Source of the DNA: Bacteroidota bacterium
Lineage (GTDB): Bacteria; Bacteroidota; Bacteroidia; Palsa-965
Direction of reading: 5' to 3'
DNA length: 64,000 nucleotides
Assembly (NCBI GenBank): GCA_021299855.1
Contig: JAJTEY010000013.1
Span: 490 to 64,489 of the forward strand
Shown here piece after piece: positions 19,701-27,929 of the stretch. Each line of letters starts with the position of its first letter. Position 1 is the first letter of the stretch. The notes below the pieces were generated by a model. The model was not told the origin of the DNA, did no database searches, and was given only the letters and a program-made list of their open reading frames with translations. Position numbers and translations under genes: made by a program.

Positions 19701-20119
19701 ACAACAAATTCCGACAGTGCGGCAGGATAAGTTACAATAGCATCACATACATCACGTCGAATTTTATCCAACACCTCAGCACGTAACAATACATTGGCAT
19801 TGTCGGTTTCTTCCACCTGATAAGGTTTGCGGTATGATGCCGGAAAAAATAAAACCGTTTTTTTTCGTGCCGCACCTGCTGCTTCCTGCAACAAGTTTTC
19901 CAAATCGTTTAGGAAATACGCTGCAGCTTCTTTATCCGGAAGAACAAAAAGATGTGTTTGATGGGTTGCATGAACTGCAGCGGCACCAATGAATGCTGCA
20001 TGTGAACCCGTGCTTCCGCGCAAATGGATGAGTTCGGGTAAGGCGCTGCCAAGCGAATTTTTGATTTCGTGAATTCGCGCATCGTTTTCATACCACTCCA
20101 AAATCGCCCTCAGCGTCAT
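16712..20119 (-). CDS. mfd: Transcription-repair coupling factor Mfd
   Basis: About 1135 aa with a CarD-like region and superfamily-2 helicase motifs (GDVGFGKTEVA, DEEQKFG, TATPIPRT, QMRGRVGR). The start was taken at ATG 20119 because the -7 box occupies 20126..20133. Confidence 0.95.
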   Translation of the reverse strand: MTLRAILEWYENDARIHEIKNSLGSALPELIHLRGSTGSHAAFIGAAAVHATHQTHLFVLPDKEAAAYFLNDLENLLQEAAGAARKKTVLFFPASYRKPYQVEETDNANVLLRAEVLDKIRRDVCDAIVTYPAALSEFVVTKSQLEKNTLTLKRGDKVSIAFITDLLYEFGFERVDYVYEAGQYAVRGGIIDVFSFANEHPFRIEFFGDDVDSIRTFDALTQLSLKNLDFLTIIPNVQGKILQESRETFLSYITGVEGPHARPVIWSYDVELTIAQLDKDFETAERIYNEDFADAAVRRLAPEQLFLNGAVFSESIKSFHIIEFGQRHGLNGGKTIAFSVSPQPSFNKNFDLLTQDIASNQSNGFGNIIFTDNPKQSERLHAIFEDIGRKLEYTTLSISFHEGFVDHDLKLACYTDHQIFERYHRFRLRDGFQRKKEALSLKELRGLNPGDYVVHIDHGVGKFAGLQKIDVNGKQQEAIKIVYRDNDVLFVSIHSLHRIAKFSGKEGEAPRIDKLGSNAWQNLKQKTRIRVRELAFDLIRLYAERKAKMGFAFLPDNYLQTELEASFIYEDTPDQYKATMDVKKDMERERVMDRLVCGDVGFGKTEVAIRAAFKTVCNSKQVAVLVPTTILALQHYKTFSERLKNFPANIEFINRFRTAKEKKEILKKVEEGKIDILIGTHAITGKEVKFKDLGLLIIDEEQKFGVAVKDKLKTMKVNVDTLTLTATPIPRTLQFSLMSARDLSVINTPPPNRFPVQTELHTFSEELFRDAIMFEVQRGGQVFVIHNRVQNILEIAGMIQRLCPDMRVAVGHGQMDGGKLEQIMVDFIEGQYDVLVATTIIESGLDISNANTIIINDAHMFGLSDLHQMRGRVGRSNKKAFCYLIAPPAFMLTSEAQRRLKAIEDFSDLGSGFHISLRDLDIRGAGNLLGAEQSGFISDLGFDMYQKILDEAIQELKETEFKDLFKEEEAEQKEARADVHAKHIGVYVRDTQVDTDLEILIPDAYVNNITERLSLYRQLDDSETDDDLMRFEDMLRDRFGPIPAQVLELIETVRLRWLGMELGMERIILKNGKMICYFVANQNSPYYQSEAFTKVLRYVQSNYDAKMKETNNKLTLSFEPVRSVQDAIARLQHIG

Positions 20120-20125
20120 GCGGTG

Positions 20126-20133
20126 CAAAGGTA
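20126..20133 (-). promoter_or_regulatory. -7 promoter box (TAnnTTTG) for mfd
   Basis: The minus strand reads TACCTTTG, 6 nt before ATG 20119. Confidence 0.5.
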
Positions 20134-20176
20134 AGCGTGTTTCGCTGTTGTTCCGTGAAAACGTGTAATTTTAAGA

Positions 20177-20896
20177 ATGTGCTACAATCTCGCTGCCAAT
20201 AAACATAAAAAAGTACTGGAAGCCGCATTTGATGCGACCTTCGAGGCCCCTGAAGCACCATTGTACTATTCCGTAACAGGATTCGTTCAGCCTGCATTAC
20301 CCGTAATTTTAAATACAGCACCGCATAGCATTAAGCTGTTTCGCTGGGGATTGATTCCCTCGTGGATAAAGTCCGAAGAAGAAGCCGTGGAGTTCCGCAC
20401 ACATACACTGAACGCGAGAAGTGAAACCATTTTTAGCAAACCCGCATTTCGGGGAAGTGCCGGAACAAAAAAATGTTGCGTGTTGGTCAATGGTTTTTAC
20501 GAATGGCAGACGAACGGAAAAATGAAACAACCCTACTTTATTCAGCTACACGATGAAGCGCCTTTTGCTATGGGCGGTTTGTGGAATGAATGGGTGAATC
20601 CCGCAACAGGCGAGATCATTCCAACCTTCAGCATTATTACCGTCCCTGCAAATCCGATGATGGCAGCCATCCACAATGTCAAGATGCGTATGCCGCTCAT
20701 TATTCCTTACGGTAAAGAGCGAAACTGGTTAGCCGCTTCGGAGGAATCAGAAACACTGCCGTTCCTGCAACCGTTCCCGGAAAATCTGATGAAAGCACAC
20801 AAAGTGAGTAAACTGGTGAACGGACGATCAGGCAATCCAAATGTGCCGGAAGTTCAGCAACCTTTGCAGGAAGAAATTCAAGGCGCTCTATTTTAA
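20177..20896 (+). CDS. SOS-response-associated peptidase (SRAP/YedK family, abasic-site processing)
   Basis: The protein starts MCYNLA (catalytic Cys2). It carries LFRWGLIPSW, RTHTLNARSET and FYEW...PYFI motifs. 239 aa. Confidence 0.85.
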   Translation: MCYNLAANKHKKVLEAAFDATFEAPEAPLYYSVTGFVQPALPVILNTAPHSIKLFRWGLIPSWIKSEEEAVEFRTHTLNARSETIFSKPAFRGSAGTKKCCVLVNGFYEWQTNGKMKQPYFIQLHDEAPFAMGGLWNEWVNPATGEIIPTFSIITVPANPMMAAIHNVKMRMPLIIPYGKERNWLAASEESETLPFLQPFPENLMKAHKVSKLVNGRSGNPNVPEVQQPLQEEIQGALF

Positions 20897-21060
20897 CCCA
20901 ACTTATCCATTAAAAATGTATAAGTTGCCCATGGGCCGATGGAAACAACATTTCATCGGGGTTAACCGAGATGCTATCCCGCAATCCTCTCGCACTAAGG
21001 ACTAGCGCATAAAATTTCTATTCCGTAATCTCGGTTGAAACTAATCTGTAAATTAGTACA

Positions 21061-21459
21061 ATGAGTCGTTTTGTTGCAGCATTTTTAGTATTCATCCTGA
21101 CCACTTTCTTTTCCTGCACACAAGAGGAAAAAGTTCCGCCGCGTTCTGAATTTAAAACAACAGGCAACTTCATTTATACCGACACCATTGTTGCACCGGG
21201 AACTGTACTGCGTGTAGGACTGATAGGCATGCGCACTGATTACGACCTTCGCGCTTTGTACTCGGAAGTAGCGTATGATGGCGCAAATGTTTCCAATTTA
21301 GTTGAACGGTCGTACGCTGCAGAAAGCGAACTTGAGCGTTGCGAACGGGACTTCACCATCACAACGCGCAGCACCGTAGGCACCGAACGTTGGGTGTTTG
21401 TGGTTAACGATCGCGAAGGACTTGTCATCAAACGCGAAATCAGAATTACAACGTTATAA
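21061..21459 (+). CDS. Lipoprotein, unknown function
   Basis: Signal plus lipobox MSRFVAAFLVFILTTFFSC. 132 aa. Confidence 0.6.
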   Translation: MSRFVAAFLVFILTTFFSCTQEEKVPPRSEFKTTGNFIYTDTIVAPGTVLRVGLIGMRTDYDLRALYSEVAYDGANVSNLVERSYAAESELERCERDFTITTRSTVGTERWVFVVNDREGLVIKREIRITTL

Positions 21460-21467
21460 TATTCGCG

Positions 21468-22016
21468 TTAATCGAAGAACGCGTGCACACCAATCGTGAA
21501 TGAAGGATTGAAATAAATATCCTGACGCGTGTAATCGATGGCATGCAAACGTAAATCGAATGCCGCATTTTGATTGAAGAACCAAGCCAATCCTGCTCCT
21601 CCGTATCCGCGGAAACCATTGCCATTCGAATTATTACGCACACTTCCGATCTTGGACGTTGCCGCATAATATTCGTAACCACCGTTAAGAAAAGCATAAG
21701 GTCGCCATTTCACTTCCGTATCGCGGAAGTAATATCGTGCGCCCAGCGTTGCAAAAACATCTGTGCTTCCGAACGACGTGCTATCTGTAGGTTTTGACGA
21801 ATTAAAACCAAAACCGAAATCGGTACCCAATGCAAAGTTGTCCGCTACAAACCAATACAGTTCCGGCGACAAGCTAAAATTAAAAGCAGGATTTTCGAAT
21901 GACATTCCCAGTCTTCCGGAGCCACCCACAGAGCGCCATCCTTTTTCGGTTTGAGCAAATGTTGCAGTAGTTGCAATAAAAAACGCAACAAATAAGATTG
22001 ACTTTTTCATACGCAT
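21468..22016 (-). CDS. Small outer-membrane beta-barrel protein (OmpW/porin-family-like)
   Basis: The start is at MRMKKSILFVAFFIATTATFAQ. The sequence has alternating Gly/aromatic strands and a C-terminal HAFFD. About 182 aa. Confidence 0.65.
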   Translation of the reverse strand: MRMKKSILFVAFFIATTATFAQTEKGWRSVGGSGRLGMSFENPAFNFSLSPELYWFVADNFALGTDFGFGFNSSKPTDSTSFGSTDVFATLGARYYFRDTEVKWRPYAFLNGGYEYYAATSKIGSVRNNSNGNGFRGYGGAGLAWFFNQNAAFDLRLHAIDYTRQDIYFNPSFTIGVHAFFD

Positions 22017-22070
22017 CAGGTTTTGGTTGCCCCAATATAAGTGCAATACCTCCAAAATCCTAACCGCGCA

Positions 22071-23612
22071 TTACAATGGAATGTTACCGTGCTTTTTGCG
22101 AGGCAATACATCTGCTTTGTTTTCTAACATAGCAAAAGCAGCAATTAACTTTTTACGAGTTTGCTCCGGCAAGATCACTTCATCCACATATCCGCGAGCT
22201 GCAGCCTGGTAAGGATTTGCAAACTTCTCGGTGTATTCCATTTCCTTCTCCTTCCACTTTGCATTGCGATCTTCCGCTGCAGCAATTTCATTTTTGAAAA
22301 TAATTTCCGCAGCACCTTTTGCACCCATCACAGCAATTTCTGCAGTTGGCCATGCAAAATTCATATCAGCACCAATGTGTTTGGAGTTCATTACATCATA
22401 CGCACCACCATATGCCTTGCGTGTAATAACAGTAATACGCGGGACGGTTGCTTCACAAAATGCATACAACAACTTAGCGCCATTGGTGATAATCGCATTC
22501 CATTCCTGATCCGTACCGGGTAAGAATCCGGGAACATCTTCAAACACCAACAACGGAATATTAAACGAATCACAGAAACGCACAAAACGTGCTGCTTTGG
22601 TTGAAGCGTGAATATCCAACACACCTGCTAACACCGCAGGCTGATTGGCTACAATACCAACACTACGCCCAGCAAGACGAGCGAAACCAACAACAATGTT
22701 ATCTGCGAAATTTTTATGAACCTCCATAAAGGAGTTCTCGTCAATCACATGCTCGATTACTTCGCGAATATCGTACGGCTGATTCGGATTTTCAGGAATG
22801 ATGGTATTCAAAGAAGGGCGCAATTCGTCTGTTGACTCATACGGCATTACAGGCGCATCCTCCTCGCAATTCTGTGGCATATAACTTACCAGTGCGCGAA
22901 TATTTTGCAAACATTCAATTTCATTGGCTGCAGTAAAATGTGTTACTCCCGATTTCGTTGCGTGCGTCATGGCACCACCCAATTCTTCGGAAGTTACCTC
23001 TTCGTGCGTTACTGTTTTTACAACGTTCGGACCGGTCACAAACATGTAACTGGTGTTTTCCACCATCATGATGAAATCCGTAATGGCAGGTGAATACACA
23101 GCACCACCCGCGCATGGTCCCATGATGGCAGATATTTGCGGAATAACTCCGGACGCCAACGTGTTGCGATAAAAAATATCGGCGTAGCCTCCTAAGGAAA
23201 CAACGCCTTCCTGAATACGCGCACCACCCGAATCATTCAACCCGATTATAGGCGCTCCGTTTTTCATGGCGAGATCCATGATCTTAACAATCTTTTCGGC
23301 GTGTGTTTCCGAAAGCGACCCTCCAAAAACGGTGAAATCTTGCGAGAACACGTATACTAATCTTCCGTTGATGCGCCCATATCCGGTAACTACACCATCG
23401 CCCAAATACACTTCTTTATCCAAACCGAAATCAGTGGCGCGATGTGTAACCAGCATACCGATTTCCTCGAAAGTTCCTTCGTCCAGTAAAAAATGCAATC
23501 GCTCGCGAGCAGTTAGTTTGCCCTTTTTGTGTTGCGCCTCAATACGTTTATCGCCACCACCTTTCATTGCAGCTGCAATCTTATCCTGAAGAACTTTAAC
23601 CTTATCGCTCAT
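22071..23612 (-). CDS. Acyl-CoA (propionyl/methylmalonyl-CoA) carboxyltransferase beta subunit
   Basis: 513-aa carboxyl-transferase family protein (GKLTARERL..., [43 protein letters not shown]). Confidence 0.9.
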   Translation of the reverse strand: MSDKVKVLQDKIAAAMKGGGDKRIEAQHKKGKLTARERLHFLLDEGTFEEIGMLVTHRATDFGLDKEVYLGDGVVTGYGRINGRLVYVFSQDFTVFGGSLSETHAEKIVKIMDLAMKNGAPIIGLNDSGGARIQEGVVSLGGYADIFYRNTLASGVIPQISAIMGPCAGGAVYSPAITDFIMMVENTSYMFVTGPNVVKTVTHEEVTSEELGGAMTHATKSGVTHFTAANEIECLQNIRALVSYMPQNCEEDAPVMPYESTDELRPSLNTIIPENPNQPYDIREVIEHVIDENSFMEVHKNFADNIVVGFARLAGRSVGIVANQPAVLAGVLDIHASTKAARFVRFCDSFNIPLLVFEDVPGFLPGTDQEWNAIITNGAKLLYAFCEATVPRITVITRKAYGGAYDVMNSKHIGADMNFAWPTAEIAVMGAKGAAEIIFKNEIAAAEDRNAKWKEKEMEYTEKFANPYQAAARGYVDEVILPEQTRKKLIAAFAMLENKADVLPRKKHGNIPL

Positions 23613-23704
23613 AACTATCGCTATTAAATTGAGGTACGAAGATAACCCAGAACGGTAAAACCAAGTGAAGCAGGAATAAAATTCTCACATCCCGGAATTA
23701 CCTT

Positions 23705-23737
23705 ATAAAACAACAAAGGCCGTCCGAAGACAGCCTC
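23705..23737 (-). terminator. Rho-independent terminator after the DUF2807/beta-barrel gene
   Basis: The minus strand reads AGGCTGTC-TTCG-GACGGCCT followed by TTGTTGTTTT. Confidence 0.7.
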
Positions 23738-23758
23738 TGCATAATACTCAACTCAAGA

Positions 23759-25102
23759 TTACAAATTCAAACTAATTCCTGCAGTGAACGGATACACCAC
23801 CGGGCCTTTTCCTGACTCAAACAGTGTCGATAAAGAGTACGTTCCGAACATTGTAAACTTCCCGTATCCGACACGCGCAATCAGATCATATTTAAAAGGA
23901 TTCACGTTAAAGTCATCTTTTACCTTGCGCTTGTAAGTTTCACCTTCAAACTCATATTTCTGCTTCACTTTGTTTTTGAAAATATTATATCCAAACTGGC
24001 CGCCTACTGCAATGTGAAAGGAACGATCCGCATTGTTGTTGTTCGTGTTAAACTCCAGGAACAACGGCACATTCAGATAAGCTACATTCAAACGATTGCG
24101 TGAGAGATTGTAGGTTGAATCGAACGTTGCTACTGCATAAGGAACATTAGGCGTTAACGTGTATGCATTTCGGAAGTTGTAGTGATACCATGTAGCACCG
24201 ATCCCTGTTCCCAAGTTCACATAGTTCTTCACGATATGAATGTTCTTCTGCCACATATTCCACCCGAACACATAGGACTTCGCGTAGTTTAATTCGAGGT
24301 AATCGAATCCGTTTGGTAAGTCGACTTTGTTTTGAGCAGATAACAACCCGTTCACACCAAAGTCCAATCCCGCCCAGAACTCAAAGTCATCATCGTTTGA
24401 TTTCTTTTCACGCGGGGAACGATCATCATCTTTGTCATCACCAACTATAGTTACTGTTTTATCGCCTATACGCACGCTAGTCGTATCGGATGAACTCGCT
24501 CCGCCTTCTTTGGCAACAATTGTGCTTGCACCTGTAGCGCTGATTGTTTTGTCGGTAGCGGTTCCTACATATTTGATATCAGAGGCTCCGGAAGCAGTGG
24601 CTAACAACTTTTTGGCAGCATTTACCTTTACGGAAGCAGCTCCTGAAGTCATCACATCAGCTTCATCAGCTACTAAACCATATCCTTTAAAACCGGATGC
24701 ACCCGAAGCCAAAAGATGTAACTGTGTTGTTTCTCCAATCAACTTCACGGAAGATGCTCCTGATATGACACCATCAATGCGCTTAGCTTTCAATTGGAGA
24801 TCATATTGAGAAGCACCGGTTCCACTTAACTTGATAGTATCTACAGTGAGTTGATTAACGCTTTTTACCTTCGCAGCTCCCGAAAGCTGTATTAGGTTCA
24901 AATTTTTTACGTTCACTTTCACTTTAAGTGCGCCTGCATCCTGCGGTTTGTTCACACGAATTTCCAAAACGCCGTTACGCACTTCAGTGACTACTTCTTT
25001 AAATATTTCGGAATTCCCGGTTAGTTCAACTGAACACGCTTCAGCCTGACTAACTTCTATCCGAGTTTCTCCTGCCGCCATGATTCCGGTAAAGTCGCCC
25101 AC
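23759..25102 (-). CDS. DUF2807 (GIN-domain) repeats fused to a C-terminal beta-barrel. No ATG start or signal peptide, so possibly N-terminally disrupted
   Basis: The N-terminal half has repeated SG(A/T)(A/G)S.V/I motifs typical of DUF2807. An acidic linker (DDKDDDRSPREKKSNDDD) joins it to a C-terminal barrel of about 210 aa. The ORF begins at GTG, and an upstream in-frame TAG at 25184..25186 interrupts a signal-peptide-like stretch. Confidence 0.6.
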   Translation of the reverse strand: MGDFTGIMAAGETRIEVSQAEACSVELTGNSEIFKEVVTEVRNGVLEIRVNKPQDAGALKVKVNVKNLNLIQLSGAAKVKSVNQLTVDTIKLSGTGASQYDLQLKAKRIDGVISGASSVKLIGETTQLHLLASGASGFKGYGLVADEADVMTSGAASVKVNAAKKLLATASGASDIKYVGTATDKTISATGASTIVAKEGGASSSDTTSVRIGDKTVTIVGDDKDDDRSPREKKSNDDDFEFWAGLDFGVNGLLSAQNKVDLPNGFDYLELNYAKSYVFGWNMWQKNIHIVKNYVNLGTGIGATWYHYNFRNAYTLTPNVPYAVATFDSTYNLSRNRLNVAYLNVPLFLEFNTNNNNADRSFHIAVGGQFGYNIFKNKVKQKYEFEGETYKRKVKDDFNVNPFKYDLIARVGYGKFTMFGTYSLSTLFESGKGPVVYPFTAGISLNL

Positions 25103-25207
25103 GTTACGAATTTCGGAACCTTGTCCGTACGCGACTTCCCCGGCAATGAGGCTAAATCCTCTATACGCCTGATTTACAGCACACTAAAATAGTGTAGAAA
25201 AGAAGAA

Positions 25208-26137
25208 TTAATGATAAAAATCCTCCAAAAAGCTTTCTAATTGGTCAACAGAGCCGAAGTATACAATTTCACCGGATGGGCGAACGGCAATTACAGTAGG
25301 AAAACCCTCTATCCCGATTTGCTGTGCGTATATGGGATCACGCATAATTTGCAAGGTAAACGTTGTATCAAAGGTTCTTATTCTTTCCACGATTTCAACA
25401 TCATCTTCGTTGAGATAAGGAACATTGACGAGAGAAAAAGAAACGGGATACTTGGAGTTCCAACGATCCCGTATGGAAGCGAATAGCGGCAGTTTTTTGA
25501 AGCAAACGCCACACCGCGTATTCCAGAAATCCAACACCAATAAATCTGACTTCGCCAAATTTGGCATGTTAGTTTTGGGAGATAACGGTTCTAATCTTTC
25601 CAAATCCAGTGTATCCTTATGTTCAGCTCCGTCTCGACCAAAAGTCTGGTATTCTATATACGAAGGATAACTAAAATAAACAGCAGCTAAAACGGTAACA
25701 TACAAGGAGACAACTGTAATCTTCATTACCCTCTTCATGCCCGCAAATCCGACTCCCACAATTGCGCTTAAAACATGCGTGCACAGATCCGGGAAACTAA
25801 GTATCGTCTCCGTGGTATCAAATATAACTAATGGCATTACTAGTAAAATCAACCCCAATGGAATTCCCCACACAATTCCCGCCGTTCCGCTTTTCTTTCT
25901 TATAAACGAAGCGGTATAATAGCTTAAGACGACAATTATAATTGAACCAAGTAATGCACTCCACTGAAAACCTAAAAACCCACGAACTGCTGAGGCACTT
26001 ATCTCGATAAACACCCCACCAATTACTGCAAGAAGAAAATAAATCAACGGCCTTCTTTTCATTATCATCTTAAAAAACATGCTCAGCATAAAGTTAATAA
26101 ACGTACGGATAGTGATAATATTATTCTCCCGCCCCAT
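25208..26137 (-). CDS. Membrane-anchored thioredoxin-fold thiol-disulfide oxidoreductase (TlpA/ResA-like) with a roughly 5-TM N-terminal domain
   Basis: There are 5 hydrophobic helices in residues about 28-165, then DLLVLDFWNTRCGVCFKKLP (CxxC) and ...GIEGFPTVIAV (cis-Pro loop). ATG 26137 is 9 nt after the upstream stop. Internal Met starts are also possible. Confidence 0.75.
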   Translation of the reverse strand: MGRENNIITIRTFINFMLSMFFKMIMKRRPLIYFLLAVIGGVFIEISASAVRGFLGFQWSALLGSIIIVVLSYYTASFIRKKSGTAGIVWGIPLGLILLVMPLVIFDTTETILSFPDLCTHVLSAIVGVGFAGMKRVMKITVVSLYVTVLAAVYFSYPSYIEYQTFGRDGAEHKDTLDLERLEPLSPKTNMPNLAKSDLLVLDFWNTRCGVCFKKLPLFASIRDRWNSKYPVSFSLVNVPYLNEDDVEIVERIRTFDTTFTLQIMRDPIYAQQIGIEGFPTVIAVRPSGEIVYFGSVDQLESFLEDFYH

Positions 26138-26146
26138 TTACAACCT

Positions 26147-26767
26147 TTACATGAAACAATTTCCTTTGCACTTATATGTCCACAAAGTACCACACCCACG
26201 GACCGTCGGAGAGCAAACATCAACCATACAAGTAAACTGATAAGGACACCAATCTGATTGTAAACTACAGTCACAATCGTCTGTATTTGGCGGTAATACA
26301 GGGCCAGAAGGATCAAAGTCTTCCAAAGACGAAACAATACTAGCGATAGCATTTTGCTCAAACTGTTGTCGTGCTCCCATACTCCAGTTAGGTTCAAACC
26401 TATTTTGAAAATCGCCTTGTTTATCCGAATCTTCCACAAATATTTCTGGACTTAACTCATTGTAAATTGATTCGATTGATGATCGCTGACCAGTTGTTAT
26501 TGAATTTATTGACAGAACTTGATCGAGCTTGTCCTTCCAAATAAGATATTTAGAATTCGCTGAGCTCGCATTAAAAGCATTCCTTTGTTCAATTGGACCC
26601 AAAAGGAGCAAAGCTTGCCTTAACTCGGCGCCTGAAAGTTCCTTACTACTTCCAGATGCAATGGGAAGGGAATTCGATTGAACGTTAATGTCCTTTTCAC
26701 ATGAAGTAAAAAAAAGCATTGCAATTACTGTAAAGATCCCAGAAATTTTTTTTAATCGATTTTTCAT
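26147..26767 (-). CDS. Fulvocin-C-related bacteriocin precursor lipoprotein
   Basis: Lipoprotein signal MKNRLKKISGIFTVIAMLFFTSC. The C-terminal 45 aa, TDDCDCSLQSDWCPYQFTCMVDVCSPTVRGCGTLWTYKCKGNCFM, carry 8 Cys. Their spacing and motifs match my recollection of fulvocin C. Confidence 0.7.
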   Translation of the reverse strand: MKNRLKKISGIFTVIAMLFFTSCEKDINVQSNSLPIASGSSKELSGAELRQALLLLGPIEQRNAFNASSANSKYLIWKDKLDQVLSINSITTGQRSSIESIYNELSPEIFVEDSDKQGDFQNRFEPNWSMGARQQFEQNAIASIVSSLEDFDPSGPVLPPNTDDCDCSLQSDWCPYQFTCMVDVCSPTVRGCGTLWTYKCKGNCFM

Positions 26768-26779
26768 GGCGTTTTTTTT

Positions 26780-26787
26780 CAAAACTA
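26780..26787 (-). promoter_or_regulatory. -7 promoter box (TAnnTTTG) for the bacteriocin cassette
   Basis: The minus strand reads TAGTTTTG, 12 nt before ATG 26767. It lies in the 73-nt gap after the fbp stop. Confidence 0.45.
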
Positions 26788-26840
26788 TTCCATGAAAGCA
26801 CGCCAATGTAATTTCAAGTACTTATGATCGGATAATCTGA

Positions 26841-27848
26841 TTACCCCGAGTACTTACTCATAAAATCTCCTGCCATTTCCACCATATCGGCGCTACCGGC
26901 GAAGAAAGGAGTGCGTTGATGCAGGGTTTTAATTTCCTGTTCCAAAATTCGGTGACGCCCATCAGTAGCTTTACCGCCGGCCTGCTCGATAATCAACGCT
27001 ATCGGATTGCATTCATACAATAAACGCAACTTGCCTTTTGGAGAGGACGCTGTAGTAGGATAAATATAAATGCCGCCGTTAATCAAATTGCGATGAATAT
27101 CCGCTACTGCAGAGCCGATGTAACGGGAAGAATAGGGACGTTTCGTGGCTTTATCTTCTTCCTGGCAGTATTTGATGTATTTCTTTACACCGTCCGGAAA
27201 ATGAACATAGTTACCTTCATTGATGGAATAAATTTTCCCCGATTTCGCAGTCTGCATGTTCGGATGCGACAAACAGAATTCACCAATGGACGGATCTAAA
27301 GTAAATCCGTTCACACCTTTACCTGTAGTATACACCAACATGGTGGATGAACCGTAGATGATATAACCTGCAGCTACTTGCTCTGTACCGCGTTGCATAA
27401 AGTCTTGAACAGTTCCCGGACCACTTAAACTAACGCGACGATAAATTGAAAATATGGTTCCAACAGAAACGTTCACATCAATATTGGATGAACCATCCAA
27501 CGGATCCATGGCCACTACATATTTCGCATTCTTGGACTGAGGCGTATCAATCGGAATAATGTCTTCATTTTCTTCCGATGCAATAGCGCAACATTCGCCA
27601 CCGACGCTGAGTGCTGCGATGAATTGTTCATTCGCAAACACATCGAGTTTTTTCACACTCTCACCCTGAACGTTCGTTTCACCCGCATCACCCAAAATAT
27701 CTGCCAAGCCGGCTTTATTTACTTCGCGATGTACAATTTTCGCGGCAATGCCGATATCCCGCAATAAACGCGACAATTCGCCCTTGGCATAAGGAAAATC
27801 GGTTTGCTTTTCGATAATAAACTGTCCGAGTGTTTTGACTTTGCTCAT
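26841..27848 (-). CDS. fbp: Class 1 fructose-1,6-bisphosphatase
   Basis: The protein starts [12 protein letters not shown], followed by ...[11 protein letters not shown]...[22 protein letters not shown]...[12 protein letters not shown]...GGIYIYP. The start was moved to ATG 27848. Confidence 0.95.
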   Translation of the reverse strand: MSKVKTLGQFIIEKQTDFPYAKGELSRLLRDIGIAAKIVHREVNKAGLADILGDAGETNVQGESVKKLDVFANEQFIAALSVGGECCAIASEENEDIIPIDTPQSKNAKYVVAMDPLDGSSNIDVNVSVGTIFSIYRRVSLSGPGTVQDFMQRGTEQVAAGYIIYGSSTMLVYTTGKGVNGFTLDPSIGEFCLSHPNMQTAKSGKIYSINEGNYVHFPDGVKKYIKYCQEEDKATKRPYSSRYIGSAVADIHRNLINGGIYIYPTTASSPKGKLRLLYECNPIALIIEQAGGKATDGRHRILEQEIKTLHQRTPFFAGSADMVEMAGDFMSKYSG

Positions 27849-27918
27849 AAGAAATGGTCTTGGCTTGCAAAGATGTAAAAAAGGAATCGTTTTACGCGGA
27901 TTTTGCCCAATACCGCAG

Positions 27919-27926
27919 TAGCTTTG
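27919..27926 (+). promoter_or_regulatory. -7 promoter box (TAnnTTTG) for the 883-aa T9SS cargo gene
   Basis: TAGCTTTG lies 3 nt before ATG 27930. Confidence 0.5.
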
Positions 27927-27929
27927 TTT

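Noticed and set aside
26083-26439. 118-codon minus-strand ORF overlapping the junction of the bacteriocin precursor and thioredoxin genes
   Set aside because: It is an alternative frame across two better-supported ORFs and has no motifs.
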